From: Felis catus
Taxonomy: Eukaryota
Reading direction: 5' to 3'
Length of the DNA: 64,000 nucleotides
NCBI RefSeq assembly: GCF_018350175.1
Contig: NC_058368.1
Location: 50,531,815 to 50,595,814 of the forward strand
The translations under genes and the position numbers were made by a program. The notes beneath the pieces were generated by a model that did no database searches, had not been told where the DNA came from, and saw nothing but the letters and a program-made list of their open reading frames with translations. This document shows, piece by piece, positions 26,000 to 38,520 of this stretch; position 1 is the first letter of the stretch, and each line of letters opens with the position of its first letter.

Positions 26000-26490
26000 A
26001 TTGACTTATTTATTTAGCAAATATCAAATAAATGTCTATGGTATACCAAGCACACTGCTACCAAATTTGGGTCTACAACAATCAAAAGAAAGAGACAAAA
26101 TCTTTATTGTAATGATACCTACATTTTCGTAAGGAAAAGAGCAAATAAACAGCTAAATGTCTATGTCAGGTGGTAGTAAATGCCACAAAGAATAATCAGC
26201 CAGGGTAAGGGGAAAGAAAGAGATTTTAGATTGCATACTAGGTCAACAGGAAAGGACTTTCTGAGGAGATAACATTTGACCAGTACTTGAAGTAGAGACA
26301 GTTAATACAAAAACACTGGGAAGGGCAGAATGACCAGTGCAAAGACCCTACGGCGAGAGTGTGGTAAGTGTATCTGGAGAATAATAAAGATTCCAGTATG
26401 TTTGTTATGGAATATGCAAGGGAGAGAATAGTAAGAAAGGAAAGCACCTAGGTAGCACTGGGCCTTATGCGCCAAACCAAGGACCTTGGT
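26000..26490 (-). mobile_element. L2 relic
   Basis: ttatttagcaaatat...ctttctgaggagataacatttga...cagtgcaaagaccct. Confidence 0.65.
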
Positions 26491-26492
26491 AC

Positions 26493-26895
26493 TTTTTTTT
26501 TTATCATGGTAAAAAGCACAAAATACCATTTAACTATAAGATGGTACAGATGTACTGTTTCAATGTACGCATCAATATCATTAAGTATGTTTACATTGTT
26601 GTAAAAACTATCTTTTGAACTTTTCATCTTGCAAATCTGAAACTCTAGACCCATTAAAGGATGCCTCTTTTCTCTCTGTCCCCAGCTCCTGGTAGCCACC
26701 ATTTTACTTTCTTGATTCTGTGTGTTTACTTCACATAAGTGGAATAAGAGAGTATTTGCCTTTCTGTGACAGACTTATTTCACGTAACATGACATCTTCA
26801 AGCTTCATGTTGTAGTGTATGACAGGGTTTCCTTCCTTTTTAAGAAGGAATAATATTCCATCTTATGTATGTACCACATTTTGTTTATTTATCTA
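26493..26895 (-). mobile_element. L1MB-like 3' end
   Basis: gaacttttcatcttgcaaatctgaaactct...cccagctcctggtagccaccattttacttt. Confidence 0.8.
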
Positions 26896-27569
26896 TGAAC
26901 ATAAAATCTTAGAGTTATTCTTGACTCCCCCCCTTTTTTTTTGTATCACACTGTACATCCATCTGTATTCTGCAGGCATTCAAAAACATTTTGTTGTGTA
27001 AATATTACTCTCTTTGGTCATTTCCCTTTTCCATTCAAAACTTTATTGTCTTTTTCCCTCTTCTAAAACAAGCTCTGTCTGATCTAATCTTGCTCCTGGA
27101 ACTGTTGTTGCCATGGTGTCTTCATTATATTCAATTTCATTACTGGCATTCATCACAGCTAAAATAAATTAGTATTTGTGTAACTGTTTCTTTTGTACCT
27201 TTCTTATACAGCTACAAACGAGCACTGAACAAATCTTAGAACAAGTGTGAGTGTGTGTTTAAATTTTGTTGAGCGAATGCTGAGAATCTGTCCTTTGCTT
27301 TTGTAGATTTCTCTAATTTATAACTAGCTCTCCGAGTAATGGAATAAATTCACCTCATAAAACTTCAATAACGTGAAGAGAGAAAAAATGCTTTTTAGGG
27401 AACTAGAAATATCACCGAGAGTACCAATTCATGCCAGATAAGGAACACAGCACAATATACATCATTTTATAAATAAAGTATCATGCACACATACCTATAA
27501 GGGGTGCAGCATGGTGCTGGTGTGTTAAATAACACCATCATTGATAGTGCCATAATAGAGATATATATT

Positions 27570-28285
27570 TACGGTCACTGAAGAAGAAAAGATAACTTTT
27601 AAGACAGAAGGTTTAAAATATCTCATGAATGACCTGAAATGAATGCATGCATTTAATTTTTGATGGGTAGAATTGGGAGGAAGAACATTTTAGGTAGAGG
27701 AACAACCTAAGCAAAGACGTGAAGGCACGAGATTACCAACAGACATGCAGATAAGACTTTGAATGAAATAGTTTGACATAAAGTTTGAGTATTTCAAGTA
27801 TTCTGTAGGGGAGTATTGGAATATAAGGGAGGAGAGAAGGTAAGGAGAACGCTCTATGGTATTCCAGGCTAGGATGTCTGCATCTGATTCACTAGACAGG
27901 CAGTGGGAGGCTGTGGAAGTGTTTTGAGAAGATGAGTGCAACGATCTGAACATCCCTCCAGAAGGATGATCTGTTAACAGTGGAAGATTTGGGGGAGAAA
28001 ATGCCTGCCCCCTGTTATTCAATAATCCCAGCAGTAGGTGACAAAAAGCAAGTGGCGAGTCAACAGTGAGGATGCGCAGCGAAGACGGGATGAATAGGCA
28101 ATATATTTTAGAAATATACATTACCACATCAGGTGATTGAATGACTAGGAGGAATTAGAGAGGGAAAGGTGTGCTAGGCGAAGATTTGAGGGGCTGGAGA
28201 ATATGACAGAAACACATCACCAGGGGATAGTAGGAATAGAGAAGGAGGAACAAATATGAATTCAATTTTGAATTTGTTATAACTT
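27570..28285 (-). mobile_element. L2 relic
   Basis: Purine-rich degenerate L2-like motifs (gacagggcagtgggaggctgtggaagtgttttgag; gaattcaattttg). Confidence 0.5.
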
Positions 28286-28434
28286 TTAGGGGTACATGAG
28301 TCACAGAAAAGAAGGGAAAACTATGGGGAGTACTATGGTGGAGCAGTAGGAATGTGACTACAAGTCAGCTGGTCCGGTAAAGGTGGGGCAGGGGGATATT
28401 GAGTCGTGGTTGCAGAAAATAGAAAATTAAAATA

Positions 28435-28660
28435 AAAATATTTATTAGGCATCTGCTAAGTATCAGGAATAAGGCTAAACTCCTCTATGCAATTTACAAA
28501 AACATATTCTTCACAACGGTTCCATGAGGGAAGAACTATTAGTTTGATTTTCTTGAAGAACAAATGAGTATGTTAAATAACTTGCCCAAGGATGCAGAGC
28601 TAGTAGGTGGCAAACCCAGGGTTAAGAGGCTGGTTCGTCTGACTTCAGAGGCCACTTGCA
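28435..28660 (-). mobile_element. MIR relic
   Basis: gttaaataacttgcccaagg..gcagagctagtaggtggcaaac core. Confidence 0.75.
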
Positions 28661-29960
28661 TTAGTGGCACATCTCCTACTTTTTCCTAAACACTATGTCT
28701 TCCTATCCATGTCTTTGATAATGCAGTGTTTGAAATTTTATTTATGTTGCTGAGAAACAACTTGGGATATGTGTAGCTCTAAACACCCAGAACTAATAAA
28801 ATTACATTGATCTGTAGCACGTCAAAATCACAGGGCAAAGCACTATCCAAAGTAATTCCAGCTACTTTTGCCAATTTAGCAGTAATTAGGTCTAGGGAGG
28901 CTCAGGAGTCCTGTGTTCCAAGCATATCGAGAAGATTATCTTTCACCACCAAGCTTCCAATTATATTTTGAAGATTGTTTTCATTACCATCCCAGGAAAG
29001 AGGCTGTTGTAACCTTGTTCTCTCCCCATTGTTCCAACCAGAATAAATCTGGCTTTATTTAAAGGAAAACAAACTAACAACTATCCCAAATACCTCAGAC
29101 CAGAATATTTTATCTTTGTTTCTGGCATGAAAATGATGGTTGCTAAGAGATCCAGAGAAGTGAAAAAGGAAAATGAGACAAAGGAGGCTGAAATAATGTT
29201 TGCCTCGTTACTCAGAACAACATGCAGGTACTTTTCCTTTCTTTGCCTTCTTCCTACTTTTTAATGAATTGGCAACATTTTTTAAACTTCCTAGTGAATA
29301 TAAATATCACCATTGTGCTACTGACCTATTTATATCCACTGGATATTTCTAACTGAATCATGACATTCAAAACATATTAAATTTGAAATGTTTCCAATAT
29401 CAGCAAGAAGATATTCTCTTGCTTTCTTTTTTTAAAAAAGTACCACTTGGAAAAAGAACTTTGGCATTACTATTGAAACCTCCCATAGAGATATCTGATG
29501 AATGCAAATAAAGGAACTGATAAAAAAAAAATAACTGGTTCTACTTTGGGGATTGGTACGTGTTGTGTGTAATAATTACTGAGTTACACCTGCAGGCATG
29601 TACACCATCCAGTAACAATGGTTTGGTAATATAATAAATACTAGTGTGTATGTTTGGAAAACATTTGTATAAAGGGCTCCTTTTGAGGGCATAGTCTCTT
29701 TAAGGTCTTATATGCAAGACTAGTGGAGACCTCTAAGGGTCTTGAATGTCACTCAAGATCATGGCATCATTCAGTTTGAATATCTTAGATGTGTACAAAC
29801 AAGTGATTTGATAAAATAATTGCTTTTATCAGATTCCAAACATTGGGAAATCAAGCCCAAGATACCACTGGACCAAGATTGTCTTCAAATCAAGACAGAA
29901 ATTATTGTTTCATTTTCCTTAGTCAGGGGTAGACATATGAAAAATATTTTGGGGCCTTTT

Positions 29961-30171
29961 TTTTTTCAACGTTTTTATTTATTTTTGGGACAGAGAGAGA
30001 CAGAGCATGAACGGGGGAGGGGCAGAGAGAGAGGGAGACACAGAATCGGAAACAGGCTCCAGGCTCTGAGCCATCAGCCCAGAGCCCGACGCGGGGCTCG
30101 AACTCACGGACCGCGAGATCGTGACCTGGCTGAAGTCGGACGCTTAACCGACTGCGCCACCCAGGCGCCCC
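29961..30171 (-). mobile_element. Very young SINEC_Fc-type SINE
   Basis: Perfect 14-bp TSD ttttggggcctttt (29947-29960, 30172-30185); CpGs retained. Confidence 0.97.
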
Positions 30172-31558
30172 TTTTGGGGCCTTTTAAAGCTAGTATTTAG
30201 GGTTTGCAAGTCATACATTTGCTACTGGTTTTTGCAGTACATTTACCTTATGATATAGTCATCATGGAGCTGACCACACTGGTACAGACAATTCTACATT
30301 TTTTCTTTTAAATAGAATTTCACATACTGCAAATTTAGAAAGAAACACTGTCCACTGCTGACCAGCCAAATTAATTATTCTGTATTGATTAAAAGCAAAA
30401 CAGATTGATTAGTTGCCTGGTTGTTTTAAAGGAGGAATTAGCAACAAACTGTATTTTCAGAAAGACAAGTTTTGAGAATCAGGGTAACAAACAAACTCCC
30501 ATTTAATAAAAAGCTAATGTCAGTACTGTTAAATTGTACTCTCCACACCAACTTCCTGTGCTTCCACAATAGAATTTTTTTCAAGGATTTAGGATCTCTC
30601 TACAGTTATTTACTCTGATATTTATCAATGGTTTTGGTAATTGGTTACGATATAGTTGGAAAATGACCTGTAAAAGACTGGAAAAGCCACTTTAATCAGT
30701 AATTTAGCTGAACATTTCACTCTTTCAGCTATATCAAAAGAGAAACAGATTTGAGAACTGACAGAAAATCTCTTGTAAGGATGTATTGATCCATGCCCCA
30801 TTCTCACCTATGCAAGTATGATTGCCTAGTCCAAGATAAAACGGGCCAAGGACAACATTGAGTTTGCCATCGCTTACCATGTGCTACCCCACATGGTATA
30901 GAATTTATTGAAACTTGACTGAGGCAAGCATCAATATTTAGACATCCCTGAGAGCAATTAGAGTGTAAGTTTCATGAGGGCTAGAACTACAGTCATCACT
31001 GAATAATCCCTACTTTCCCATACATCACATGGCCTAGCCCACATAGGTACCCAACACGTACTGGGGAATGAATGAATGATTTATGAGAAATTTAGATATT
31101 TCTCATATCTACCTCTTCTCTACATACATTTTATTATCAGAGCCTAATTAAAATTTGAACCATCTTGGGCTTCTGTCTTCATTGCAAGGGCCCATCTGGG
31201 CTCATCAATCTCACCCTCTTCACCAAACAACTCGAGTCACACAACATATGTTTAGTAATTTATCACCTTAAAAAAAATAAAACTCTGCTAGGGAATAATT
31301 GCAGTCCAGAAAATCTCATTAGTGTAGTACAGCAAGTCCAATCCTCCTACCTAACTTTTCAACATTGCAAAAGAACAAATGCATGCCCAAATTCAAGAAA
31401 TGATAGTATTTGTATGATCTGATTGCAATGGTGCACTGTTTATTATGGTATGGCTTTGGGATAGTTCAGTTCAAGAGCTGATGGAATCAACTTAGTGCTG
31501 TTTCCAAATATATATTTAAAAAAAAAGAAAAGAAATGGTGAGTGCCAAAGGTGGGAGG

Positions 31559-31732
31559 TTATTTTTATTTTTATTTTTTAAAAGAGCAAGTGGGGAGAGG
31601 GGCAAAGAGAGAGAGAGAGAGAATCCTCAGACTGGAGCCCAATGTGGGGCTCAGTTCTCAAGACTGAGAGATCATGACCTGAGCTGAAATCAAGAATTGG
31701 GCACTTAACCGACTAGGCCACCCAAGCACCCC
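31559..31732 (-). mobile_element. CAN-SINE, older and shorter form
   Basis: T-tail, (GA)n and head ending cacccaagcacccc. Confidence 0.88.
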
Positions 31733-32089
31733 CAAGAGGTTATTATTTTTAATTATATTCACAGAAACAATAATTCTGCTGCATAAGATTTTTGAATATG
31801 TATGTTTCATGGAGCCTTGACCTTTATACCCACTAGAAAAATCTATTTAGGCAATAACCTTAAATGTCGAATGACTTAATGTTTTTAACATTTTACTTAA
31901 TACTTGACAATGTGGTATTATTTTTTAACTCTTGGAGTGGAATATCTTCGTATCCTACTCAAGTGTGTATTCTGCACGTGTCCAGCAGAACACAGTTGAG
32001 TCTACCAGAAGCTGTCTGAAGTGGTGAGAGCAAAAATGCTAGACAGTGGAGCAGAGAGTGCCTAAGGCCTGTGGGAAACAGTAGAATCA

Positions 32090-32460
32090 CAAGTGACAAG
32101 TATGTGTTTGAGTGACAGACTTTTGAATCCTGACTTCCCTGACTATAACTTAACCTAAGTTTCTGTTTCTATCACATTACAGGGATAGTACATTCCTCAG
32201 AGAGATCTCATGGGATTCATTGACCTGATGCCTGTAAAGCACTTATGCAGAGCCAGGCACTTCTCGAAAGCACAATAAATCTCATCTACTATTACCCTGC
32301 CCCATAATTTCTGTGTGAGGAAGGGCAAGTAACGTTAATCCTCTGGCAACATTGCTTCATCTATAAAAAGGGATATTAATCATACTTGTCTGTATAGAGG
32401 TGAGGATCTGATGGTACAGTGGAAAGCTCTGTGTAAACCATGGCTAATATTTAGTAGTTA
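32090..32460 (+). mobile_element. MIR relics (two adjacent fragments)
   Basis: tttgaatcctgac...tgtaaagcactt...caataaat and gggcaagtaacgttaatcctct...catctataaaa. Confidence 0.55.
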
Positions 32461-32609
32461 CTCTTAGTATTATTAATTAAATGCTCAAAAATGAACTGTT
32501 AGTAATTCATTTACCTTAATATTTATTCAATGTGCATATGTCCCCCTTGATGTGTGTGAAGTGGGTCCCTTCCAAAAGTGTATTTCAATAAGTGAATTAA
32601 TGATACTAT

Positions 32610-34080
32610 AATATTCATTGAACATATATTTAATATTATATTATCATGTATGCACTTACTAATTGAAACACGGAGTTTCTATGCTGCACTAAGCACAGTT
32701 CTAGACGCTGGGGAATGGCAATGAATAACACTGATGGATTTCTCACTCTTATAGAGATTACTTTGAAGAGAGATAGGCAAGGAAATAAGTGAATATGTCA
32801 AGTGATGAATAGCTATAAGCAAATATAGGGTAAGGAGCCTAGAAAGAGAGTCCGAGAAGTTCTCTTCTAAGAATGTGGCGTTTAACCAGAGATCTGAAGG
32901 GAAGAGGAGTAAGTCATGCAGAGCCAAGAGCAAGTGCAAAGTTCCTCAGATGGGCAACCGCTTCTCATATTAAATAGAAAATAAAGGGGCCAGTGTGTCT
33001 AGAGAGGTGTGAGCAAGGGGAAGAATGGTGGATAGTGTTCGGTTACACCCTGAATGATATGGAAGATTTGAGTGGAGGACTAATGGGTTTAACTTATATT
33101 GTAAAAGACTGTCTTATTCTGTTATGGCTGAAGTAACAAAAATACCATAAACCGGTGGCTCACAAACAAATAGAAATTTGTCTCTCACAGCTCTGGATGC
33201 TGGGATGTCAAATATCAAGGCATCAGCAGATTCGGTGTCTTGCAGTGAGGGTCCACTTCCTGGTTCATAAACAGCTGTCTCTTTGTCGTGCCCTCATAGG
33301 GCAGAAGTGGGAAAGGGAGGTCTCTGGTGACTCTTTCCTAAGGACACTGATCCCAATCATGTGGGCTTTACCCTTATGACCTAATAACCTCCCAAATGCC
33401 CCACTTCCTAATACCATTATGTTGGAGATTAGGTTTCAGTATATGACTTTTGGGGGACACAGAGATTCAGTCTATAGAACTTACCCTGGGTGCTTTGTAG
33501 AGACCAGATTGCAAGTAGAGCAGGAGTAGGAGGGAGATTGGAGAGTAGGTAACTGTGACAGTCTCGGTGGGAAGCACAGTGAATTAGATTAGAAAGTGGC
33601 CATGGGGATATGAAGCAGTTACGATTCTGGAAATATTTAGAAGCAGAGCTGAGGGAAAATACTGATGGTTTGAAGGTGGGTGAGAAGAAAGGATAATGAC
33701 CTTGAGAATGACACCAAGACTTCTGGCCAGAACTGCAAATGTAGAACAGAAATGCCATTAATTAAAGTTAGTTCCTACCTACTGGAGAAAGAGAAGATGT
33801 GAGAATAAATGAATTCAGCTTGGGACATGTGAAGTTTGAGCTACTTGTTATAAACCCAAATGGAGGTGAAAAGTAGAAAATAAAATGACCAAGTTCAGAG
33901 TTCACTGTTCACTGGTGCGGTCTAGCCCAGAGATGCAAACTTTGGGGTCATCAGCACATATGTGAGGTTTAAAACCCTGACACTGGAGTAGCTCACCTAA
34001 GGAGTGAGAGAGAAGTCCAAAAGGGAAGCCTGTGCCACTCCCACATTTATAGGATGGGAGTAAAGAAGTTGCTAAGGAAA
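32610..34080 (-). mobile_element. L2 relic interrupted by an MLT1 LTR
   Basis: gttctagacgctgggga...; aattcagcttgggacatgtgaagtttgag; ttggggtcatcagcacata. Confidence 0.7.
33110..33479 (-). mobile_element. MaLR LTR (MLT1A-like), near complete
   Basis: tgtcttattctg...cccttatgacctaataacctcccaaatgccccacttcctaatacc...gggggacac..attcagtctatag. Confidence 0.85.
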
Positions 34081-34134
34081 AAATGTATATAGGTTTCCCT
34101 TTCTGCTACTAACAGATACTGACTACTGATCGGC

Positions 34135-34324
34135 CAGTGTTTTCCCAAAAAGAGCTTCTTGTATCATCTGCCTCAGAGATATCTGAGATGCTTATTAGTA
34201 ATCTATAGGCCTGGTCCCACTACATGCTGACTGAATCAGAAACTCTGGGAGTGGGGCCTCAGAGTCTGTGTTTTAACAAGTTCCCCAGGTGAGGTTTGCA
34301 CACACTAAAGTTTGAGAATTAGTG
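34135..34324. mobile_element. MER5A-like hAT-Charlie element
   Basis: actgaatcagaaactctgggagtggggcc...tgttttaacaag...aaagtttgagaa. Confidence 0.85.
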
Positions 34325-35574
34325 TTTCTGCAAAGTTTTCTCTCATAGCACATGTGGAAGATGATGCTATGTGTACAGCATATTGGGTAGATAGATAAAG
34401 GGCTGACGTGGTCAGACAGCATTGCCCTGGAACCCTGGCTTCCAGGCCTGCCTTATGGCCTGAGGGATCAATGTGCTGGTTGACTGGCAATCACTTCCGG
34501 TCAGATGAGAGTACTCTGGAAAAAAGCAGGGCAGCCCCAGTTCTGGCTGTCACACATACAATTCATTTGTAACAAAACTGTAGTTATATTTATACATTTA
34601 CTCTAGTGAATATGGGAGCTATTGAGATGACTTAATCAGAGATTAAGCCATATCTTACTTAAGTTATCAGCCACAAAGGCAAATAATAGAAAAACATACA
34701 AAAGTATAAAATACAGATGATCTAACATCTAAAGGAATTCTCATAGTCTGGAAATTCATGGTACCAAATTAAAAAAAAAATAGAAAAGCTTCTTTAATTT
34801 CCTTATCACTAATGAGTTCTCTTCCTTGTTTTCCTCACACAGGCATTTAAAAATTAAAGGTTTTGTTTAACAGTTGTTTCTTTTTTTCTTTTATGCATTT
34901 AAGCTTAAGGCAATATTATGGTAACAGTTCCTAAAATCTGCTCAGTAAAATGTTAATGGTGCCATGGTTAATTTGGGACTAATTTATATCTTCTTGGTTG
35001 TTCACAATTCATATAATGTTATGAAGAAAGTGATTTAAGATGTAAAAAATGAACAAAAACCAGTTTGCTATTGCTCACACCAATATATCCCAGATGTATT
35101 TGATCAAAACAACTACTTTTTTCTGAAGAATTGTATGTCTCAAAGGTCATTTACTGTTTCTCAGAACCCAATCTGGCATTAAACTTGGTCAAGAAAACTG
35201 TCTACAGCATTGACAGGTAAACAAGTCCAAGGTAGTTTAGCAATTTGCATACAGATAACCAGCAGGAGAGAAGTGATGATGAGCCAGGTGATTAGTCTAA
35301 AGAGGCTCGTTAGAGCAGGTGAATCTTGGCAATAAGGAGGGATGTTAGTAGAAAAGAAATGACAAGGCAGAAGGGAAACAGAATTAGCTGAGATGAACTT
35401 GTGTTTAGAGTCTGGGAATACAGTGAAAGGGAGAATTTTTTTTTTGAGAAATTACTCATGGTGTCAAAACTCAAGCTTAGGAATTGAGATATGTGTATTC
35501 CTGAATAGTGTTGAGAAAGGTTTTTCATCAGGGTGGTGTCCTTACTGACATTGGGGGTGAGAACTAAGAGGACT

Positions 35575-36021
35575 ATTGCAAAATAATGTAGCCCTTTCTG
35601 CATACCAGCCATTTAATTACATCATGATTCTGTAGGGCAGGAATTTGGACCAGATGTAGTTGAGTCTCCAGGTTTGGTGGACTTTTCATGGGTCTAGGTT
35701 CATTGGCTGGCCAACTAGATGACTCCCCTTCTGAGGTTTTACCAACCATCTGGTGGGGCAGTGAGGTCTCATTGGCCACATCTCTTTCATTTTCTAGAAG
35801 GTTAGCCTGAGTTTGGTCAGGTAGTTCACAGGATATCTTTAGCAGCAGGAGAGGAAAGTATCTTGGATGTATAGGCTGCAAATTTGTATAATATCACTGC
35901 CACTGGATGCTATCAGTCAAAGAAAGCGCAAGGCAGCCCTGATATAAGGGATGTAGAAATAGTCTCCACCTCTTGATGGAGGAAGCTAAATACTATTGTG
36001 TTCTTTTTCGCAGTCCACCAT
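35575..36021 (-). mobile_element. MaLR LTR (MLT1H/I-like)
   Basis: catgattctgtagggcaggaatttgg...tagtctccacctcttgatggagg. Confidence 0.6.
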
Positions 36022-36625
36022 AGCAGGTGATGAAGACTGCATTGTGGAGATGTCTTGTGAAACAGTGAGGAAAACAGGAAACCAAGAGTCTTCTGGAAGG
36101 GGCACAGGCAGAAAGGGGAGTAAAGTAATATGCGATCATATAGACTGGCAGGATTTGTTATGGTTACTTTGTAGCTTTCTCTCAAATCCAGCCTTTGTAG
36201 TAATGATCAATACTCTGGCAAGGCTATCTTTAAACTCTGTCTCTTTAAACTTTATCTTCCTGGACCTATCTCTAGAATGATTCTAGGTCATACGCTCTCC
36301 AGGTATTTATGTTCAAACAGGGCTGCTCTCAGACTTGGTAGTAACAACTGCAGACAAAGGTAAATATGTCTCATGATATATTCTTCTTATTTATAGACCT
36401 TGCACTTTACAAAATTTAAAGATGTAGCCTTTGCTAACATGAAGCATAATGTTCTGAGTGTTTTTAATTTAAGGTTAATAATATTCCAGAACTGAAATTC
36501 CATATACTTTAAATGATAACCTGGGAAGAGGGAGAAAAATGGAGATGAATACAAGCAAGCTAAAAATCTTACATCATTTTTAGAGTTTGTAGATACAGAT
36601 TTGTTCTTTTAAAATATTACTTTTC

Positions 36626-36857
36626 GGGTGCCTGGGTGGCTCAGTTGGTCAAGTGTCCAACGCGTGATTTTAGCTCAGGTCATGATCTCAGGGTTCGTGA
36701 AATCCAGCCCCACATTGGGCTCTGTGCTGAAGAGTGCAGAGCCTGCTTGGGATTCTCTGTCTCCCTTTCTCTCTGCCCCTCCCTCCTGCATGCATATGTG
36801 CATGTGTGTATGCTCTCTCAAAATAAAAATAAATTTAAAAACCTTAAAAAAATAAAT
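36626..36857 (+). mobile_element. CAN-SINE directly followed by an L1 3' fragment
   Basis: gggtgcctgggtggctcag head and A-rich tail. Confidence 0.92.
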
Positions 36858-37664
36858 ATAGCAGCACTATCAACAATAGCCAAGTTGTGGAAAGAGCCCA
36901 AATGTCCACTGACTGATGAATGTATTAAGATGTGGTGTGTATATGTATATGTATATGTATACATATACACATACATACACACACAATGGAATATTACTCA
37001 GTGATCAAAAAGGAGGAAATCTTGCCATTTGCAAAAATGTAAATGGAACTAAAGTGTATTATGCTAAGCGAAATAAGTCAGACAGAGAAAGTTAGATACC
37101 ATATGATTTCACTCATATGTGGAATTTAAGAAACAAAACACATGAACATAGGAGAAGGGAAGGAAACCTAGGATAAAAACAGAGAGGGAAGCAAACCATA
37201 AGAGACTCTTTTTTTTTTAATTTTTTTTTCAACATTTATTTATTTTTGGGACAGAGAGAGACAGAGCATGAATGGGGGAGGGGCAGAGAGAGAGGGAGAC
37301 ACAGAATCAGAAACAGGCTCCAGGCTCTGAGCCATCAGCCCAGAGCCTGACGCGGGGCTTGAACTCACGGACCGCGAGATCGTGACCTGGCTGAAGTCGG
37401 ACGCTTAACCGACTGCGCCACCCAGGCGCCCCCATAAGAGACTCTTAAATACAGAGAACAAAATGAGAGTTGCTGGAGGGGAGGTGGGTGGGAAGGTGGG
37501 GAAAATGGGTGATGGGCATTAAGGAGGGCACTTGTTGGGATGAGCACCGGGTGTTATATGTAAGTGATGAATCACAAATTCTACTCCTGAAATCATTATT
37601 ACACTATATGTTAACTAACTTGGACTTAAATAAAATGTTTAAACAAACAAACAAACAAACAAAC
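36858..37664 (+). mobile_element. Carnivore L1 3' fragment (ORF2 C-terminus and 3'UTR, (CAAA)n tail)
   Basis: Translates IAALSTIAKLWKEPKCP, typical of the L1 ORF2p C-terminus; G-rich 3'UTR; interrupted by a SINE. Confidence 0.92.
37211..37432 (-). mobile_element. Young SINEC_Fc-type SINE inside the L1 3'UTR
   Basis: 14-bp TSD cataagagactctt (37197-37210, 37433-37446). Confidence 0.97.
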
Positions 37665-37699
37665 AAATATCTTTTAACAGGTAATACATATACAACAAC

Positions 37700-38520
37700 A
37701 AACAAAATTAAAAGTCCAAAGATTATATGATGAAAAGTTATCCTTCTCATTGCAGTTCCCTGGTCCACTAATTCTTCTCACTGGGTGAACCACTGCTACA
37801 GATTTCTTGTTTATTCTTATAGAACTAAATGCATCTTTTTCTTTCTTTCCACCTTCATCTTCCTTTTTTACTTAAGAGGTAGTCTACTACATTTCCTGTT
37901 CTACAGTCTTCTCTAGTTAACAAGTTATTCACAGATTATCTTGTAAGTCAGTCTGTTAGTAAACACCAAGTTGTCTCATTGTTTTAAACTGCTCTATTGG
38001 CCTCCAATTATGTACCAAAATTGGATTGGTCTTTTACTGAGGACAACAATTATGCTCTCCAATATTTTGCATCTTTAAACCATGCTAAAATGAATGTTCA
38101 CATTTAATGACACATTTAAATGAATGACATGTCTTAAAAATGTGCCATTTGTTACACATGCCAGTGTATCTGTGGAAAGAATCCTAGGACTAGAGTTGCT
38201 GGCTTAAAAAAGGATATATACATTTGTCATTTTGAAAAGCATTGCCCAGTCAGGGCCTTTTCTGTGTGCAGCTTTTAAATCATTTTGTTATAATTTACAA
38301 AACCTTTTCCTTTGTGGTTTCTGCGTTATGTGTCATACTTAGGATATTTTTTTTCTGACTCAAGATTGTAAATCTCTCATTTCTTTCCAGAACTTTGTTG
38401 TCTTCTTATTTTTTTAATTTACTTTTATTACATACATTATTTAATGTTTTTGATTGTTTAATCTGCCTTTATTTTGTGTAAAGTGCAATGTAGAAATCCA
38501 ATTTTTACTGCAGATAAAAT
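37700..38520 (-). mobile_element. Ancient L1 (L1MC/ME-like) relic
   Basis: aaccactgctacagatttcttg; atcctaggactagagttgctgg; T-rich degenerate L1 3' motifs. Confidence 0.5.

Noticed and set aside
27690..28127. Longest ORF (145 aa)
   Set aside because: Lies within a probable L2 relic, has a non-ATG start and no recognisable domain.
29820..30200. 126-aa ORF
   Set aside because: Mostly antisense read-through of a SINEC_Fc copy; the same peptide recurs at 19185-19370.
31082..31107. 10-bp-arm AT-rich hairpin (similar 9-bp arms at 11282-11306)
   Set aside because: Short, AT-rich and spaced; plausible by chance in 64 kb.
37477..37516. G-quadruplex-like G-runs
   Set aside because: Ordinary G-rich tract of the L1 3'UTR.
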